Assembly: GCA_023245195.1 (NCBI GenBank)
Contig: JAHFKU010000001.1
Span: 27,662-91,661 of the forward strand
Reading direction: 5' to 3'
DNA length: 64,000 nucleotides
Origin: Candidatus Staskawiczbacteria bacterium
Lineage (GTDB): Bacteria; Patescibacteriota; Minisyncoccia; Minisyncoccales; Staskawiczbacteraceae
Made by a program: the position numbers and the translations under genes. Position 1 is the stretch's first letter, and each line of letters starts with the position of its first letter. The notes beneath the pieces were generated by a model that did no database searches, was not told the origin of the DNA, and was given only the letters and a program-made list of their open reading frames with translations. Below are positions 17,974 through 28,396 of the stretch, in pieces.

Positions 17974-19395
17974 ATGTCTCAAAAATACATCATTTTTATC
18001 GGAGTTTTAATTTTGGCCTTGTTGGCCGGGAATTTTGCTTACCCTGATTATCTTAACAAAGGCATTGATGCGTTAAATGGCAAATTCCACTGGACTCTGC
18101 CCCATTTTTGGCAAAAACCCTATAGTTTGGGGCTTGATTTGCAGGGCGGGGTCAATTTAATTTATCAGGCTGATTTAAGCACGGTGCAAGACAAATCAAC
18201 CTCTATGGCCGGCCTTCGAGATGTAATAGAAAGGCGGGTTAATTTATTTGGCGTTTCAGAACCGGTGGTGCAAATCCAAGGCCAAGATAGGCTGGTGGTT
18301 CAGTTGCCGGGCGTTAAAGATGTCAAGCAAGCTATCGATACTATCGGCCAAACTCCGTATTTAGAATTTGATGAAGTCAGAACGGAAGCCGAAAGCAAGC
18401 CGATTTTAGATAAAATAAAAGAAGTGCAAGAAGCCCAGCAAAAAAACCAGGATATTTCAAAAATAAAAGATTGGCAGCTAGCGTTGCAAAATCCTTACAT
18501 CAAGCCCACGGAATTAACCGGAAAATATTTATCAAAAGCTACCGTCAATTTTGACCAAACTACCTTTAAGCCGCAAATTGATTTGCAATTTAACAGCGAA
18601 GGAGCGAAATTATTTGAAAATATTACCGCTCGGAACATTAAAAAGCCGCTGGCTATTTTGCTAGACGGAGCTTCTATTATAGATACCACGGGAGACGGCG
18701 TTATTGATGGCAGTGATTTGTATGCTCCGATTGTGCAAGATAAAATAACCGGCGGAAAAGCGGTTTTAACTGGAGATATGTCAACCAAAACGGCTAATGA
18801 TATTGCCCGCAGATTGAATTCAGGAGCTTTGCCGGTAAAAATCGGCAGTCCGATTTCACAGGAAACCGTGGGTCCCACGCTAGGCGCCGTTTCATTGCAA
18901 AAATCACTGTGGGCTGGAATTTATGGGCTTTTGGCAGTGGTAATATTTATGATCGTTTTTTACCGCTTGCCCGGATTTTTGGCTTCTTTGGCTTTGATAG
19001 TCTATGTAGCTTTAAACCTTGCTCTATTTAAGTTGGTGCCGGTTACGTTAACCCTGGCGGGAATCGGAGGGTTTATTTTATCTATCGGAATGGCGGTTGA
19101 TGCCAATATTTTGATTTTTGCTAGAATGAAAGAAGAAATCCGCCAAGGCAAAAATTTATCACTGGCCATTAGCGAAGGTTTTAAAAGAGCTTGGCCTTCC
19201 ATCAGGGATAGCAACATTAATTCTTTGATTGTCTGCGCCATTTTGTTCATCTTTACAACGTCGTTTATTAAAGGATTTGCCTTAACGCTTTCGCTGGGTA
19301 TTATTGTCAGTTTGTTTTCGGCCATTTTTATTACCAGGATTTTATTGCTCGTTTTTATCGGCCAGCGCATGGAAAAATTCAAGTGGCTACTTTAA
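17974..19395 (+). CDS. secD: Protein translocase subunit SecD
   Basis: LGLDLQGG, RRVNLFGVSEP, GALPV, GMAVDANILIF. Confidence 0.96.
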   Translation: MSQKYIIFIGVLILALLAGNFAYPDYLNKGIDALNGKFHWTLPHFWQKPYSLGLDLQGGVNLIYQADLSTVQDKSTSMAGLRDVIERRVNLFGVSEPVVQIQGQDRLVVQLPGVKDVKQAIDTIGQTPYLEFDEVRTEAESKPILDKIKEVQEAQQKNQDISKIKDWQLALQNPYIKPTELTGKYLSKATVNFDQTTFKPQIDLQFNSEGAKLFENITARNIKKPLAILLDGASIIDTTGDGVIDGSDLYAPIVQDKITGGKAVLTGDMSTKTANDIARRLNSGALPVKIGSPISQETVGPTLGAVSLQKSLWAGIYGLLAVVIFMIVFYRLPGFLASLALIVYVALNLALFKLVPVTLTLAGIGGFILSIGMAVDANILIFARMKEEIRQGKNLSLAISEGFKRAWPSIRDSNINSLIVCAILFIFTTSFIKGFALTLSLGIIVSLFSAIFITRILLLVFIGQRMEKFKWLL

Positions 19396-19487
19396 CGGTT
19401 TTAATGTTTTAACTGTTGTAATGTTTTAATGAAAAGAAGATGTGCGAACGGCATTATAACAACTATAACAATTACAACAATTACAAC
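19393..19487. repeat. 9-mer based inverted repeat between secD and secF
   Basis: ttttaatgt-type units mirrored by acaattaca-type units. Confidence 0.7.
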
Positions 19488-20384
19488 ATGCATTTTTCTT
19501 TCACCAAATATTCAAAACTTTACTACGCTTTTTCTGGAATCTTAATTGCGGGTGCGATTGTTTCTTTGGTTGTTTTTGGCTTGAAATTCGGCATTGAATT
19601 TACCGGAGGCAGCAACATGGAAGTGGATTTTACCCAAAATCGGCCTGCCAATGAAGACATTTCCAAAGCCTTAACCAGTTTTGATTTGGGTGAAATTATT
19701 ATCCAGCCGACCAGCGAAAAAGGGGCGGTTCTTAAATTTAAAGGGGTTGATGAAGCAACCCATCAGCAGATACTTTCAAAACTCAATGAATTGTCGCCAG
19801 TCCAGGAAAAAGCTTTTCAATATATCGGCCCTTCAATCGGGCAAGAACTTAAAAATAAGACCGAAATCGCTATTGGTTTGGCCTTGATATCTATAACTTT
19901 GTATATTGCTTTTGCTTTCCGCAAGGTTTCGCGCCCGGTGGCTTCTTGGAAATACGGCTTGGCTTCATTGGTAGCGCTGTTTCACGACATTTTAATTCCT
20001 CTTGGAGTGTTTTCTATTTTAGGAAAGTTTTATAGCGTAGAAATTACCATTCCCATTGTGGCAGCGCTGCTGACTATTTTGGGTTTTTCAATTCATGACA
20101 CCATTGTTATTTTTGATAGGATTAGGGAAAACATTTTACGAAAGGGAATGGGGGAATTTAGCCAAACGGTTGACTTGAGTTTAAACCAAACCATCGGCAG
20201 GTCTATTTCTACGGTTGCTACCGTGTTATTAGTTATGTTTTCACTATTCATGTTTGGGGGAGAAACGCTAAAATATTTTTCACTAGCTTTAATTGTTGGA
20301 ATAACCTGCGGAGCCTATTCTTCTATTTTCATTGCCAGTCCATTATTGGTGAGTTGGTCCCGATGGGGAAAATCTAAAAGCTAG
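19488..20384 (+). CDS. secF: Protein translocase subunit SecF
   Basis: GIEFTGGS, IGPSIG, HD, GFSIHDTIVIFDRIREN, GAYSSIFIA; start moved to ATG 19488. Confidence 0.95.
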   Translation: MHFSFTKYSKLYYAFSGILIAGAIVSLVVFGLKFGIEFTGGSNMEVDFTQNRPANEDISKALTSFDLGEIIIQPTSEKGAVLKFKGVDEATHQQILSKLNELSPVQEKAFQYIGPSIGQELKNKTEIAIGLALISITLYIAFAFRKVSRPVASWKYGLASLVALFHDILIPLGVFSILGKFYSVEITIPIVAALLTILGFSIHDTIVIFDRIRENILRKGMGEFSQTVDLSLNQTIGRSISTVATVLLVMFSLFMFGGETLKYFSLALIVGITCGAYSSIFIASPLLVSWSRWGKSKS

Positions 20385-20558
20385 ATTTTCCCATACGGGA
20401 TCCCGTATCAAAATTTGTAATATCAAATTTTTATCGGGACAGCGCTGGAGCGAGAAAAGGGCAAAATAACCATTGACCATTGACATGTGACAGTTGACAA
20501 AAAAGACGTTGGCGGGAGGTCAATTGTTAATTGTTAAAGGTCAAATGTTGCGGGAGGG

Positions 20559-20587
20559 TTGACATACGCCCTGCCATATGGTAGACT
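20559..20587 (+). promoter_or_regulatory. sigma70 promoter
   Basis: TTGACA-17-TAGACT with TG extension. Confidence 0.65.
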
Positions 20588-20606
20588 CTAATAACAGTAT
20601 CAAACT

Positions 20607-21626
20607 ATGAACTATTCACAAATATACGCAAAATTAACTCGCGGTCTTTCTCCAAAAACCAAAGACATCTTTGACCGGCGTTTTGGCGTAAAAACTGGCA
20701 AGGTTGAAACCTTAGAATCTATTGGCAAAAGGCTTGGAATTACCCGCGAAAGAGTCCGCCAAATCGAGGAGGTGGGTTTTAATTTTATCAAAAAAAACCA
20801 TCAGGCAACACTGACCGAAGTCTATAAGCAGTTTGAAGATTATTTCCAAAAAAATGGCGGGTTTAAAAAAGAAGAAGCCGTGCTGGCCGATTTGGGTGGA
20901 AAAAACCATAAGCCGCAGGTGTTATTTTTTCTTACCATCGGGGATCAATTTAAAAAAGTATGCGAGAAAAAGGATTATATGTATTTTTGGTCAACCATGC
21001 AAAATCCTGAAAAAGAAGTGAAAGATATGTTAAATTCCCTGGCTTCGGATTTAAAAACCCACGCTAGCCCATTAGTAAAAGAAGAATTATTGGCTAAGTT
21101 TGCTTCTAATTATAATATTGGTGCTAGTGCGCTGGATTCATATTTGGAAGTTTCTAAAAGAATCCAGGCAAATAAAGAAGGCAAACTTGGGTTGATTGAT
21201 TGGCCCGAAATAAATCCAAAGAGCGTTAAAGATAAAGCGTTTTTGGTGTTTAAAAAGCATCAAAAGCCTTTGCATTTCAGGGAAATTACTTCGTTGATAG
21301 ATCGGTTAGATACCGGATCAGGTGATGAAAAAACTAACGTGCAAACCGTGCATAACGAATTAATTAAAGATTCAAGGTTTGTATTGGTTGGCCGGGGCAT
21401 TTATGCCTTGGGCGAATGGGGGTATAAGCCAGGAACTATTCAAGATGTTATTTCTGATGTATTGAAAGTGAAGCCTCAATTAGCAAGCAAAGATGAAATT
21501 GTCAAAGAAGTGTTAAACCAAAGATTGGTTGAAAAAAATACCATTTTAATAAAACTCAACAATAAAAAGTATTTCCAAAGAGGTGCTGATGGGAAATATT
21601 TTACGGTAGGAAATCAGACAGCATAG
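20607..21626 (+). CDS. Sigma-70 region-4-like HTH plus RNAP-delta/HARE-HTH domain protein
   Basis: TLESIGKRLGITRERVRQIE; PLHFREI..QTVHNELI..RFVLVGRGIYAL. Confidence 0.8.
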   Translation: MNYSQIYAKLTRGLSPKTKDIFDRRFGVKTGKVETLESIGKRLGITRERVRQIEEVGFNFIKKNHQATLTEVYKQFEDYFQKNGGFKKEEAVLADLGGKNHKPQVLFFLTIGDQFKKVCEKKDYMYFWSTMQNPEKEVKDMLNSLASDLKTHASPLVKEELLAKFASNYNIGASALDSYLEVSKRIQANKEGKLGLIDWPEINPKSVKDKAFLVFKKHQKPLHFREITSLIDRLDTGSGDEKTNVQTVHNELIKDSRFVLVGRGIYALGEWGYKPGTIQDVISDVLKVKPQLASKDEIVKEVLNQRLVEKNTILIKLNNKKYFQRGADGKYFTVGNQTA

Positions 21627-21668
21627 ATGTTGAATTATACTAATTATTCTAATTAACCTAATTATACT

Positions 21669-21704
21669 AACAAAAAAATCCCGCTTCTGCGGGATTTTTT
21701 GTTG
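21669..21704 (+). terminator. Intrinsic terminator
   Basis: aaaaaaatcccgc ttct gcgggatttttt. Confidence 0.8.
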
Positions 21705-21788
21705 TGGATTATTGCTTGGATTTTTTTCTATTGAGTGTGTTACAATTGCATAAAGGTCGTTTTTTTATTTAATCTGAATTTAGAGGAA

Positions 21789-21995
21789 ATGCAAAAATTA
21801 AATACGTTAGATATGGTGTCTTTCGTTTTGACGATTATTGGCGGTTTGAATTGGGGATTGGTCGGATTGTCGGATTTTAATGTTGTGGATACGGTTTTTG
21901 GCCCAATGTCAGTGCTTTCCCGGGTGATATATATTTTGGTCGGATTAGCTGCGGTTTATTTGGCGATTAATGTTATGAAATTTGAGAAGAAGTAA
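21789..21995 (+). CDS. DUF378 small membrane protein
   Basis: IIGGLNWGLVG..FNVV..IYILVGLAA. Confidence 0.85.
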   Translation: MQKLNTLDMVSFVLTIIGGLNWGLVGLSDFNVVDTVFGPMSVLSRVIYILVGLAAVYLAINVMKFEKK

Positions 21996-22038
21996 CATCG
22001 TGAATGAATGCAGAAATTAGCGCGGAAAAACGCAGAAT

Positions 22039-22080
22039 TTTTACAACAAAAAATCGCCTAAGGCGATTTTTTGTTGTAAA
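22039..22080. terminator. Bidirectional terminator
   Basis: acaacaaaaaatcgcc taa ggcgattttttgttgt between convergent genes. Confidence 0.85.
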
Positions 22081-22089
22081 TAATCGTAA

Positions 22090-22278
22090 TTAGCGATTAA
22101 ATCGTGGTGGTTTCTTTTTTGACCAGCATTCTCGGCAATAGATTGGTCGATCAGGAGCTGGTTCAAAAGGCAATTGGGTGATTTCTACACCGCATTCACT
22201 GCACTTCCAGTTTCCTTGCACCATTTCTCTTGGGCCAAAGCTGCCTCCACCTTTGTTGTTATCAAATTTATTGAACAT
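22090..22278 (-). CDS. CxxC-x17-CxxC zinc-ribbon protein
   Basis: CSECG..LPFEP..DRPIYCRECW; promoter TTGACA-17-TACTAT near 22477-22449. Confidence 0.85.
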   Translation of the reverse strand: MFNKFDNNKGGGSFGPREMVQGNWKCSECGVEITQLPFEPAPDRPIYCRECWSKKKPPRFNR

Positions 22279-22598
22279 GAAAATTTTATTTATAAAAATT
22301 TTTACCGAGTACTCAACACATTGAGTGCTTGGTTTTGAATTCTTACATAATATAAACGACCTTTGACTAAAGCCGTTTTATTATTTTGTTGAGTTTTTAA
22401 GATTAGTTAAAAACTTACTAATATACCTACGACTTATTGTCTGGCTTAATAGTACCTTTTTATCCGTAGCATGTCAAAGGTTTTTGAGCACCCTTGAAAT
22501 ATTACCGGGAAATATTTTTTGTAAAAGAAAAAACCTGCTACCTTTGAAGGTAAAACAGGCTTTGCAGGTTTTAGCTTTTCAGCTGATTTCTGCTTAAG

Positions 22599-23078
22599 TT
22601 ACAATAGAAAAGCAGGGGGTTCTTTCAGTAGCGCCAGATTTGGCAGGGCGACTGCGCGCTCCTTTTTTCTGCAAAAGAGCATGTCCCAGGGTTTTGCGCC
22701 GACAGGATAGAAACCGAAGACCTGGAAGTTCTCGGTTCGCTCCACGGCTTGGTGAGCTACACCTGCCGGAATGAGAATTGCATCGCCCTGGCCGACTTCC
22801 ACGAGTGTGCCAAGGCGATGACCACCCAGTCGCAGAGTAGCAAAGCCCCGATAAACGACCAGCGCTTCATGTGTGGTTGAATGATAATGCGGTCTCTTGT
22901 AGACCTTCCATAGCCATTCAAGATTCCAGCCCGTTTCCAGGCCGCGCCTCTTAAGATCAGCCATGGCTTCGTCGGCTTTCATGTTGCCGAGATTTACCAT
23001 CTTTTTAGTCAAAATAGTCAAAAAACGGGAATTGGGAATGAAGCCATCATCTTTGAAACCGATGCTTAATCTTTTCAT
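22599..23078 (-). CDS. Cupin domain protein (YjlB-like)
   Basis: HYHSTTHEAL, LRLGG, GDAILIPAGVAH. Confidence 0.85.
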   Translation of the reverse strand: MKRLSIGFKDDGFIPNSRFLTILTKKMVNLGNMKADEAMADLKRRGLETGWNLEWLWKVYKRPHYHSTTHEALVVYRGFATLRLGGHRLGTLVEVGQGDAILIPAGVAHQAVERTENFQVFGFYPVGAKPWDMLFCRKKERAVALPNLALLKEPPAFLL

Positions 23079-23294
23079 GTCACGCCTTCTCTAAAGAGCT
23101 TACGTAATTTCCCCATCGAGAAATTCGATAGAGAGATTACGTATAAGTTTCTTCTATCACCTTATAACAGAATTGTCAAGTAATTTTTTGTATCGCTGTC
23201 ATTGTAAAGCTATTTTTAATTATGTCATACTTTGGAATAGCTACGGATCCAATTTTTGTTAATTGAGTAAAAAATGATATTATAAAAAAACATT

Positions 23295-25136
23295 ATGAAA
23301 AAATTACAAAAAAATATTATTTATCCTAAAGTCACATTTTGGGATATATCAAAAGCCTTTTGGAAGGGAATTAGACCTCAAAAATGGTCGCTATTTTTGA
23401 TGGTCTTTTTGGTGGTAATTATTCATATTACTAGTATTGTCATTCCGCTTTTTTATAAACATTTTTTTGACGTCATTACCACTAATTACGATAAAAATAC
23501 GATTTATTATGTATTGGTGGGTATTATCATTAATATCGCACTATTGAACGGTATTATTTGGATAAGTTATCGTTTTGCGGCTTTTTTTAATAACGCTTTT
23601 CAGTCAGGCGTGATGGCAAGATTGAGGCAACAAGCTTACGATTATTTAATGCAGCATTCGTACGGATTTTTTACCAATCATTTTACTGGTTCTTTGGTGC
23701 AAAAAGTCAATCGATTTGGCCGGTCGTTTGAAAGATTGTCAGACAATTTAGTCTGGAATTTACTTCCTTTATTGGTAAGGGTAATTGTCATCTGCGTTGT
23801 TGTTTTCTTTATTAATAGATGGATCGCACTGGTTATTTTAATTTGGGCTTTAATATTTGTATTATTTAACGTACTGTTTTCTATATGGAAAATAAAATAC
23901 GATCTTCAAGTTGCACAAGTAGATTCAAGAGCCACCGCCTATTTGGCCGATACGGTAACTAATCAAAACACAGTATCGCTTTTTTCTAGATTTGCTTTTG
24001 AATCGAAAGGTTACAAAAAGGTTACCGACGAGCAGGCTAAAATAACCAGATTCAATTGGAATTTAACTAATTTTGTGGAAGCAGGACAAAGTCTTTTGGG
24101 TTTTGCGATAGAATTTTTGTTATTTTATTTTACTATTAAATATTGGCAGCAAGGATTAGTAACAGTTGGCTTTTTTGTCTTATTACAAGCGTATTTAATC
24201 AATTTAATGGATCAATTATGGGGTTTTACTAGAATAGTAAGAGATATGTATCAAGCCTACGCTGATGCCAAGGAGATGGTGGAAATTATGAAGTTGCCTC
24301 ATGAAATTGTGGATATTCCAAAAGCAAAAGAACTTACCATAAAAAATGGCGGCATTGAGTTTAGAAATTTACAATTTAGCTTTAACGAAACTCGAAAAGT
24401 GTTGCGCGATATACATTTGGTGGTAAAACCTGGCGAACGCGTGGCGTTAATTGGTCCTAGTGGCGCCGGAAAAACTACCTTTGTAAAACTGTTATTAAGG
24501 TTATATGCTCCAACTTCCGGCCATATTTTCATTGACGGACAGGATATTCAAATGGTGACTCAAGACAGTTTGCGCAAAAACATTTCCATGGTGCCCCAGG
24601 ATCCGATTTTATTTCACCGGACTTTGGCTGAAAATATAGCGTATGGCAAGCCGAGCGCATCCAAAAAAGAAATTAAAAAAGCGGCCAAACTGGCACACTG
24701 CGATGAATTTATTAAAAATCTGCCTTATGGATTAGAAACGTTTGTCGGTGAAAGGGGAATTAAATTATCGGGCGGCGAACGCCAGCGGGTGGCCATTGCC
24801 CGGGCTATTTTAAAAAATGCGCCGATACTAATTTTAGACGAGGCGACCAGCAGCCTGGATTCGCATTCTGAAATGTTAATTCAAGATGCGCTGGCAACTT
24901 TAATGCAGGGCAGAACCACGATTGTGATAGCTCACCGGTTGTCTACCATTCAAAAAATGGATAGAATTATTGTAGTGGATAATGGTAAGATAATTGAAGA
25001 GGGAAGTCATGCTGATTTATTGGCTCGTGAAGATAGTTTGTATCGGAAGTTATGGACATTGCAAGCCGGCGGATTTTTAACGGAAGATAATGATGAAGAG
25101 GACGATCAAAAAGAAGAAAATATAGAAGAAGAATAA
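23295..25136 (+). CDS. ABC exporter, fused permease/ATPase
   Basis: TMD plus GPSGAGKT, LSGGERQR, ILDEATS, IAHRLST. Confidence 0.95.
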   Translation: MKKLQKNIIYPKVTFWDISKAFWKGIRPQKWSLFLMVFLVVIIHITSIVIPLFYKHFFDVITTNYDKNTIYYVLVGIIINIALLNGIIWISYRFAAFFNNAFQSGVMARLRQQAYDYLMQHSYGFFTNHFTGSLVQKVNRFGRSFERLSDNLVWNLLPLLVRVIVICVVVFFINRWIALVILIWALIFVLFNVLFSIWKIKYDLQVAQVDSRATAYLADTVTNQNTVSLFSRFAFESKGYKKVTDEQAKITRFNWNLTNFVEAGQSLLGFAIEFLLFYFTIKYWQQGLVTVGFFVLLQAYLINLMDQLWGFTRIVRDMYQAYADAKEMVEIMKLPHEIVDIPKAKELTIKNGGIEFRNLQFSFNETRKVLRDIHLVVKPGERVALIGPSGAGKTTFVKLLLRLYAPTSGHIFIDGQDIQMVTQDSLRKNISMVPQDPILFHRTLAENIAYGKPSASKKEIKKAAKLAHCDEFIKNLPYGLETFVGERGIKLSGGERQRVAIARAILKNAPILILDEATSSLDSHSEMLIQDALATLMQGRTTIVIAHRLSTIQKMDRIIVVDNGKIIEEGSHADLLAREDSLYRKLWTLQAGGFLTEDNDEEDDQKEENIEEE

Positions 25137-25147
25137 AGGTCGAAAAC

Positions 25148-25269
25148 GAAATTTTTAATTTTCAATTTCTAATTTTTATTAAATTTTCAATTCAGTGAAT
25201 TTTAAAAAACGTTTAGAAATTACGTTATTATAAATTCAATAAAAATTTAAAATTAGGAATTAGAAATTC
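25148..25269. repeat. AATTTCT-heptamer inverted repeat
   Basis: Same family as 56467-56586 and 57933-58050, including central gttt(a)gaaat. Confidence 0.7.
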
Positions 25270-25275
25270 ACAAAT

Positions 25276-26043
25276 ATGGATACAAAAAAATATATTGTTA
25301 GCGCAGGCGTTGTTGTGGCATTATTGGCCGGAGTTTCTTCTTTGGCTTTTGCTGAAAATATGACTGGGAATGTTTCGGAAATGATGAAGGTAAAAGAATC
25401 TCGGGAAATGGCGGTTCGGGCTGGCACTGAAATGGTGTTAAATATCAATCACCAGGGAAAGGTGCTGATGCGCGGAACCATTGAATCGGTTGGTACCAAT
25501 TCTATTATGGTTAAAAGTTGGGGCGGATCTTGGACGGTAAATATCGGTACTGATGCAAAGTTGCTGCCTGGAACCGATATGTCCCAATTTAAGGCTGGAG
25601 ATTTTGTGGGAGTGCAAGGGTCTATCAATGAAAGTCTTGCTTGGACAGTAGACGCCACGATCATCCGTAATTGGACTGCTAAAAAAGCAATGGTAGAAAC
25701 CAGGATGATGGAACACAAAGAGCGGCACAATAACGAACAAGAAATTAAAGATGTTATTAAAAATGAGAGTCCGAAAAATTGGCAGGGGGTCGCAACCGGC
25801 ATTAATGTGGACGCTAAAACATTTACCCTAACGATGGAGGGCAAGGCTTATACCGTTAATATAGTTACTGATGCCAAAATTGTTGAAAAGAATTTTGCCA
25901 GCACCGATCTTGCTAAGGTGAAAGAAGGGGATACGGTGAGGGTGTGGGGTCCGGTAACCGACACTACCATTAGCGCCTATGTATTGCGCGACATTTCTCT
26001 TGCAATGACACAGACCCACGATGTTATGGAAGGTAATCGATAA
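25276..26043 (+). CDS. Secreted protein with two OB-like (DUF5666-like) repeats
   Basis: Signal peptide; repeated G.I.SV..WTVN..GD.V.V.G pattern. Confidence 0.7.
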   Translation: MDTKKYIVSAGVVVALLAGVSSLAFAENMTGNVSEMMKVKESREMAVRAGTEMVLNINHQGKVLMRGTIESVGTNSIMVKSWGGSWTVNIGTDAKLLPGTDMSQFKAGDFVGVQGSINESLAWTVDATIIRNWTAKKAMVETRMMEHKERHNNEQEIKDVIKNESPKNWQGVATGINVDAKTFTLTMEGKAYTVNIVTDAKIVEKNFASTDLAKVKEGDTVRVWGPVTDTTISAYVLRDISLAMTQTHDVMEGNR

Positions 26044-26144
26044 AATTTTAACTAAAAAACAGCTCTGAGTTTATTAAAGGGCTGTTTTTTTGTAATACTA
26101 AATTACTAAATTTGTTGATACTATCATTTTTGCAATTGCGTAAA

Positions 26145-26324
26145 TTACTTTGAATTGCGAAATGCCTTCGTGGTATTTTCTCCAAATTTGGAAGGTGAAA
26201 ATTCGATAGAATTTTGAGCCATAGCCGGAGGCTTCTGGCTCAAAATTATTGCGGATTTTCGACCCAAATTTGGAGAAAAGACCCGAAGAGCGGTTTAAGA
26301 CGGGCATTTCGGGATTCAAAGTAA
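26145..26324. repeat. ~180 nt imperfect palindromic element, family 1 copy A
   Basis: Long stem with bulges; homologous to 26831, 34274, 55884. Confidence 0.88.
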
Positions 26325-26325
26325 A

Positions 26326-26784
26326 TTAGAGTATCGATATTTTTTTGAAATCCTTTTTTATTTTTTTATATTGGGGTATGGTTTTTGCGACTAGATTCCA
26401 AAATGCCGGCGAGTGGTTTAATTGTTCTAGGTGGCACAGTTCGTGGACAATCACGTAATCTGATAAATGTGGAGGAAGCAAAGCAATTTTATAATTAAAA
26501 TTCAAGTTGCCCTTTTTTGAACAACTGCCCCAGCGGGTCTTTTGGTTTTTAATGGTTACGCGATTTACTTTAAATTTGTAAAAGGCATTAAAGTGCGCGA
26601 TTTTATTTTGTGCCGTTGCCAGGGCCTGGTTTTTGTACTGTATAAATTCCAATGAATTGGGTTTTCGCCTTTTTTTGCGACGCTTTTTTTGCCACCGTGC
26701 TTTGCGCCGAATCAATCTTAAGCTTTTGATGGAAAATCCATTTTTATAGTTAGTTTTTTTAAATACGAAAAACATATGAATCAA
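26326..26784 (-). CDS. YgjP/DUF45 (M48-like) metallopeptidase
   Basis: QKTRWGSCS, DYVIVHELCHL..NHS..FW. Confidence 0.9.
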   Translation of the reverse strand: MIHMFFVFKKTNYKNGFSIKSLRLIRRKARWQKKRRKKRRKPNSLEFIQYKNQALATAQNKIAHFNAFYKFKVNRVTIKNQKTRWGSCSKKGNLNFNYKIALLPPHLSDYVIVHELCHLEQLNHSPAFWNLVAKTIPQYKKIKKDFKKISIL

Positions 26785-26830
26785 TTATACAGCAAGTTGG
26801 TTGTGCCTGGTATACAGATGGAGCCTTTTT

Positions 26831-27007
26831 GCTCTGAATCACGAAACTCCCGTTTTAAAAGTTACTTTTCGGGTCTTTTCTCCAAATCTGGGCTGGAAAT
26901 TCGCAAGAATTTCCAGGCGGAGCCTTTGGCTAAGCCTGAAAATTCTATCAAATTTCCAACCGCCAGATTTGGAGAAAATCCCGCGAAAGAGTTTCGTAAT
27001 TCAGAGC
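26831..27007. repeat. Family 1 palindromic element copy B (inverted relative to A)
   Basis: gctctgaatcacgaaactc...gagtttcgtaattcagagc. Confidence 0.88.
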
Positions 27008-27092
27008 TTTTTGGGAGATTCTGAAATTTACGGTATAATGCGTATAGTTTCTCTTCACAGAAAATTAATAAACTTGAAGGCAAAATCCCTCT

Positions 27093-28391
27093 ATGATGCC
27101 ACTTAGTCAAAAATTTGAAAATGCAGCCAGGTGGTTTTTTGCTGTTGTCCAAAATAAAAAATTGATGGCTTTGGTCTTAGCGGGATTTCTGATTTCCGGC
27201 GGTATTGGGGCATACGTTGCCAAAGATTATATTGCGGGAGTGCTGTCTTCCCAAGAACAATTTTTGGGTGCCATGTTGGGCGCCAAAACTTCAACATCAG
27301 CCGGCGAATTTGATAATAAAAATGCTATCGCTAAAAAACCGGCCAAAGATTGTTTATTTGAAACTTCACAAGCGCCCCAAAAAAGCCCTCTTATTTTAAA
27401 TGAAATCGCCTGGATGGGGAATAAAGAAAGCGCCAATAATGAATGGATAGAACTTAAAAATATTTCTTCAGAACTGATGCATATAGCGGGCTGGAGCTTA
27501 ATAAACCAAAGTGAAAAAATAAAGGCGGTTTTTAAAAGCGATATCGATATTCCAGCCGGTGGCTTTTATATTTTGGAGCGGGGCGGCCTCGATTTTTTAC
27601 CTAACGTAGAAGCGGATGATTTTTTTACCGGGTCTCTTAAAAATAGCGGGGATAGCTTAAGGCTTTTTGACCAGGATTGCAATGTAATTGACCAGGTTCT
27701 TGCCGAAAGCGCCTGGCCGGCGGGAGACAATAAAACCAAAAAAACCATGGAGCGGGATTCTAACACTCTGGCTTGGCACACTTCTGGCATCGTGCAAGGA
27801 ACGCCAAGAAAAGAAAATACCCCTTTGTTAAAAGTGGTTATGAGCCCGCCCAAAGAAGCGGCCAGCCAACCCCAGATTACATTAACGCCACCGCCAACCC
27901 CAACTGTAGATTCTTTTCAAAAATTAACACAACCGCCGGTATCACAAGCCAATAATCACTTATTAATTAGTGAAATTATGGCCGGAAGCGAGACTAGCAG
28001 CACCGATGCATTTATAGAATTTTATAATCCGACATCTGGCGCTATTGATCTTACCGGCTGGACTATTAAGAAAAAAACTTCAACCGGAAGCGAATCTTCG
28101 CTGATTGTTCCTTCGCGCCTTAAGGGAAAGTTGGTTTTACCGGGAACTTATTTTTTGGCCGTAAATGAAAAAGGCCAGATAGGCGTGGCATTAGCCGATG
28201 TCATGTGGCCGGCTTCTTATCTATTGGCGCGCGCTAAAAATTCTGTTGTGATATATGATAGCTTTGGCAAAAAAGTTGAGGAAGTTGGCTGGGAAACCAT
28301 TCCCAAAGGACAAAGCTATGAACGTAATTCCTGGTTTGATAGCGCCTTTCATGTGCAAGTAAATCCTAATCCTAATAGTAAAACCCCATAA
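27093..28391 (+). CDS. Membrane-anchored protein with two lamin-tail domains
   Basis: LNEIAWMG..NEWIELKN..GW; ISEIM..FIEFYNP..IDLTGW. Confidence 0.85.
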   Translation: MMPLSQKFENAARWFFAVVQNKKLMALVLAGFLISGGIGAYVAKDYIAGVLSSQEQFLGAMLGAKTSTSAGEFDNKNAIAKKPAKDCLFETSQAPQKSPLILNEIAWMGNKESANNEWIELKNISSELMHIAGWSLINQSEKIKAVFKSDIDIPAGGFYILERGGLDFLPNVEADDFFTGSLKNSGDSLRLFDQDCNVIDQVLAESAWPAGDNKTKKTMERDSNTLAWHTSGIVQGTPRKENTPLLKVVMSPPKEAASQPQITLTPPPTPTVDSFQKLTQPPVSQANNHLLISEIMAGSETSSTDAFIEFYNPTSGAIDLTGWTIKKKTSTGSESSLIVPSRLKGKLVLPGTYFLAVNEKGQIGVALADVMWPASYLLARAKNSVVIYDSFGKKVEEVGWETIPKGQSYERNSWFDSAFHVQVNPNPNSKTP

Positions 28392-28396
28392 ATATC

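Noticed and set aside
19440-19487. N-terminal extensions such as YNNYNN on SecF (also ORFs at 2577, 10430, 31528, 34894, 35961)
   Set aside because: Translation of upstream repeats; downstream ATGs match family starts.
26098-27152. Short ORFs 26098-26319, 26776-27024, 26801-27106, 26862-27152
   Set aside because: They are read-throughs of the palindromic elements with no protein motifs.
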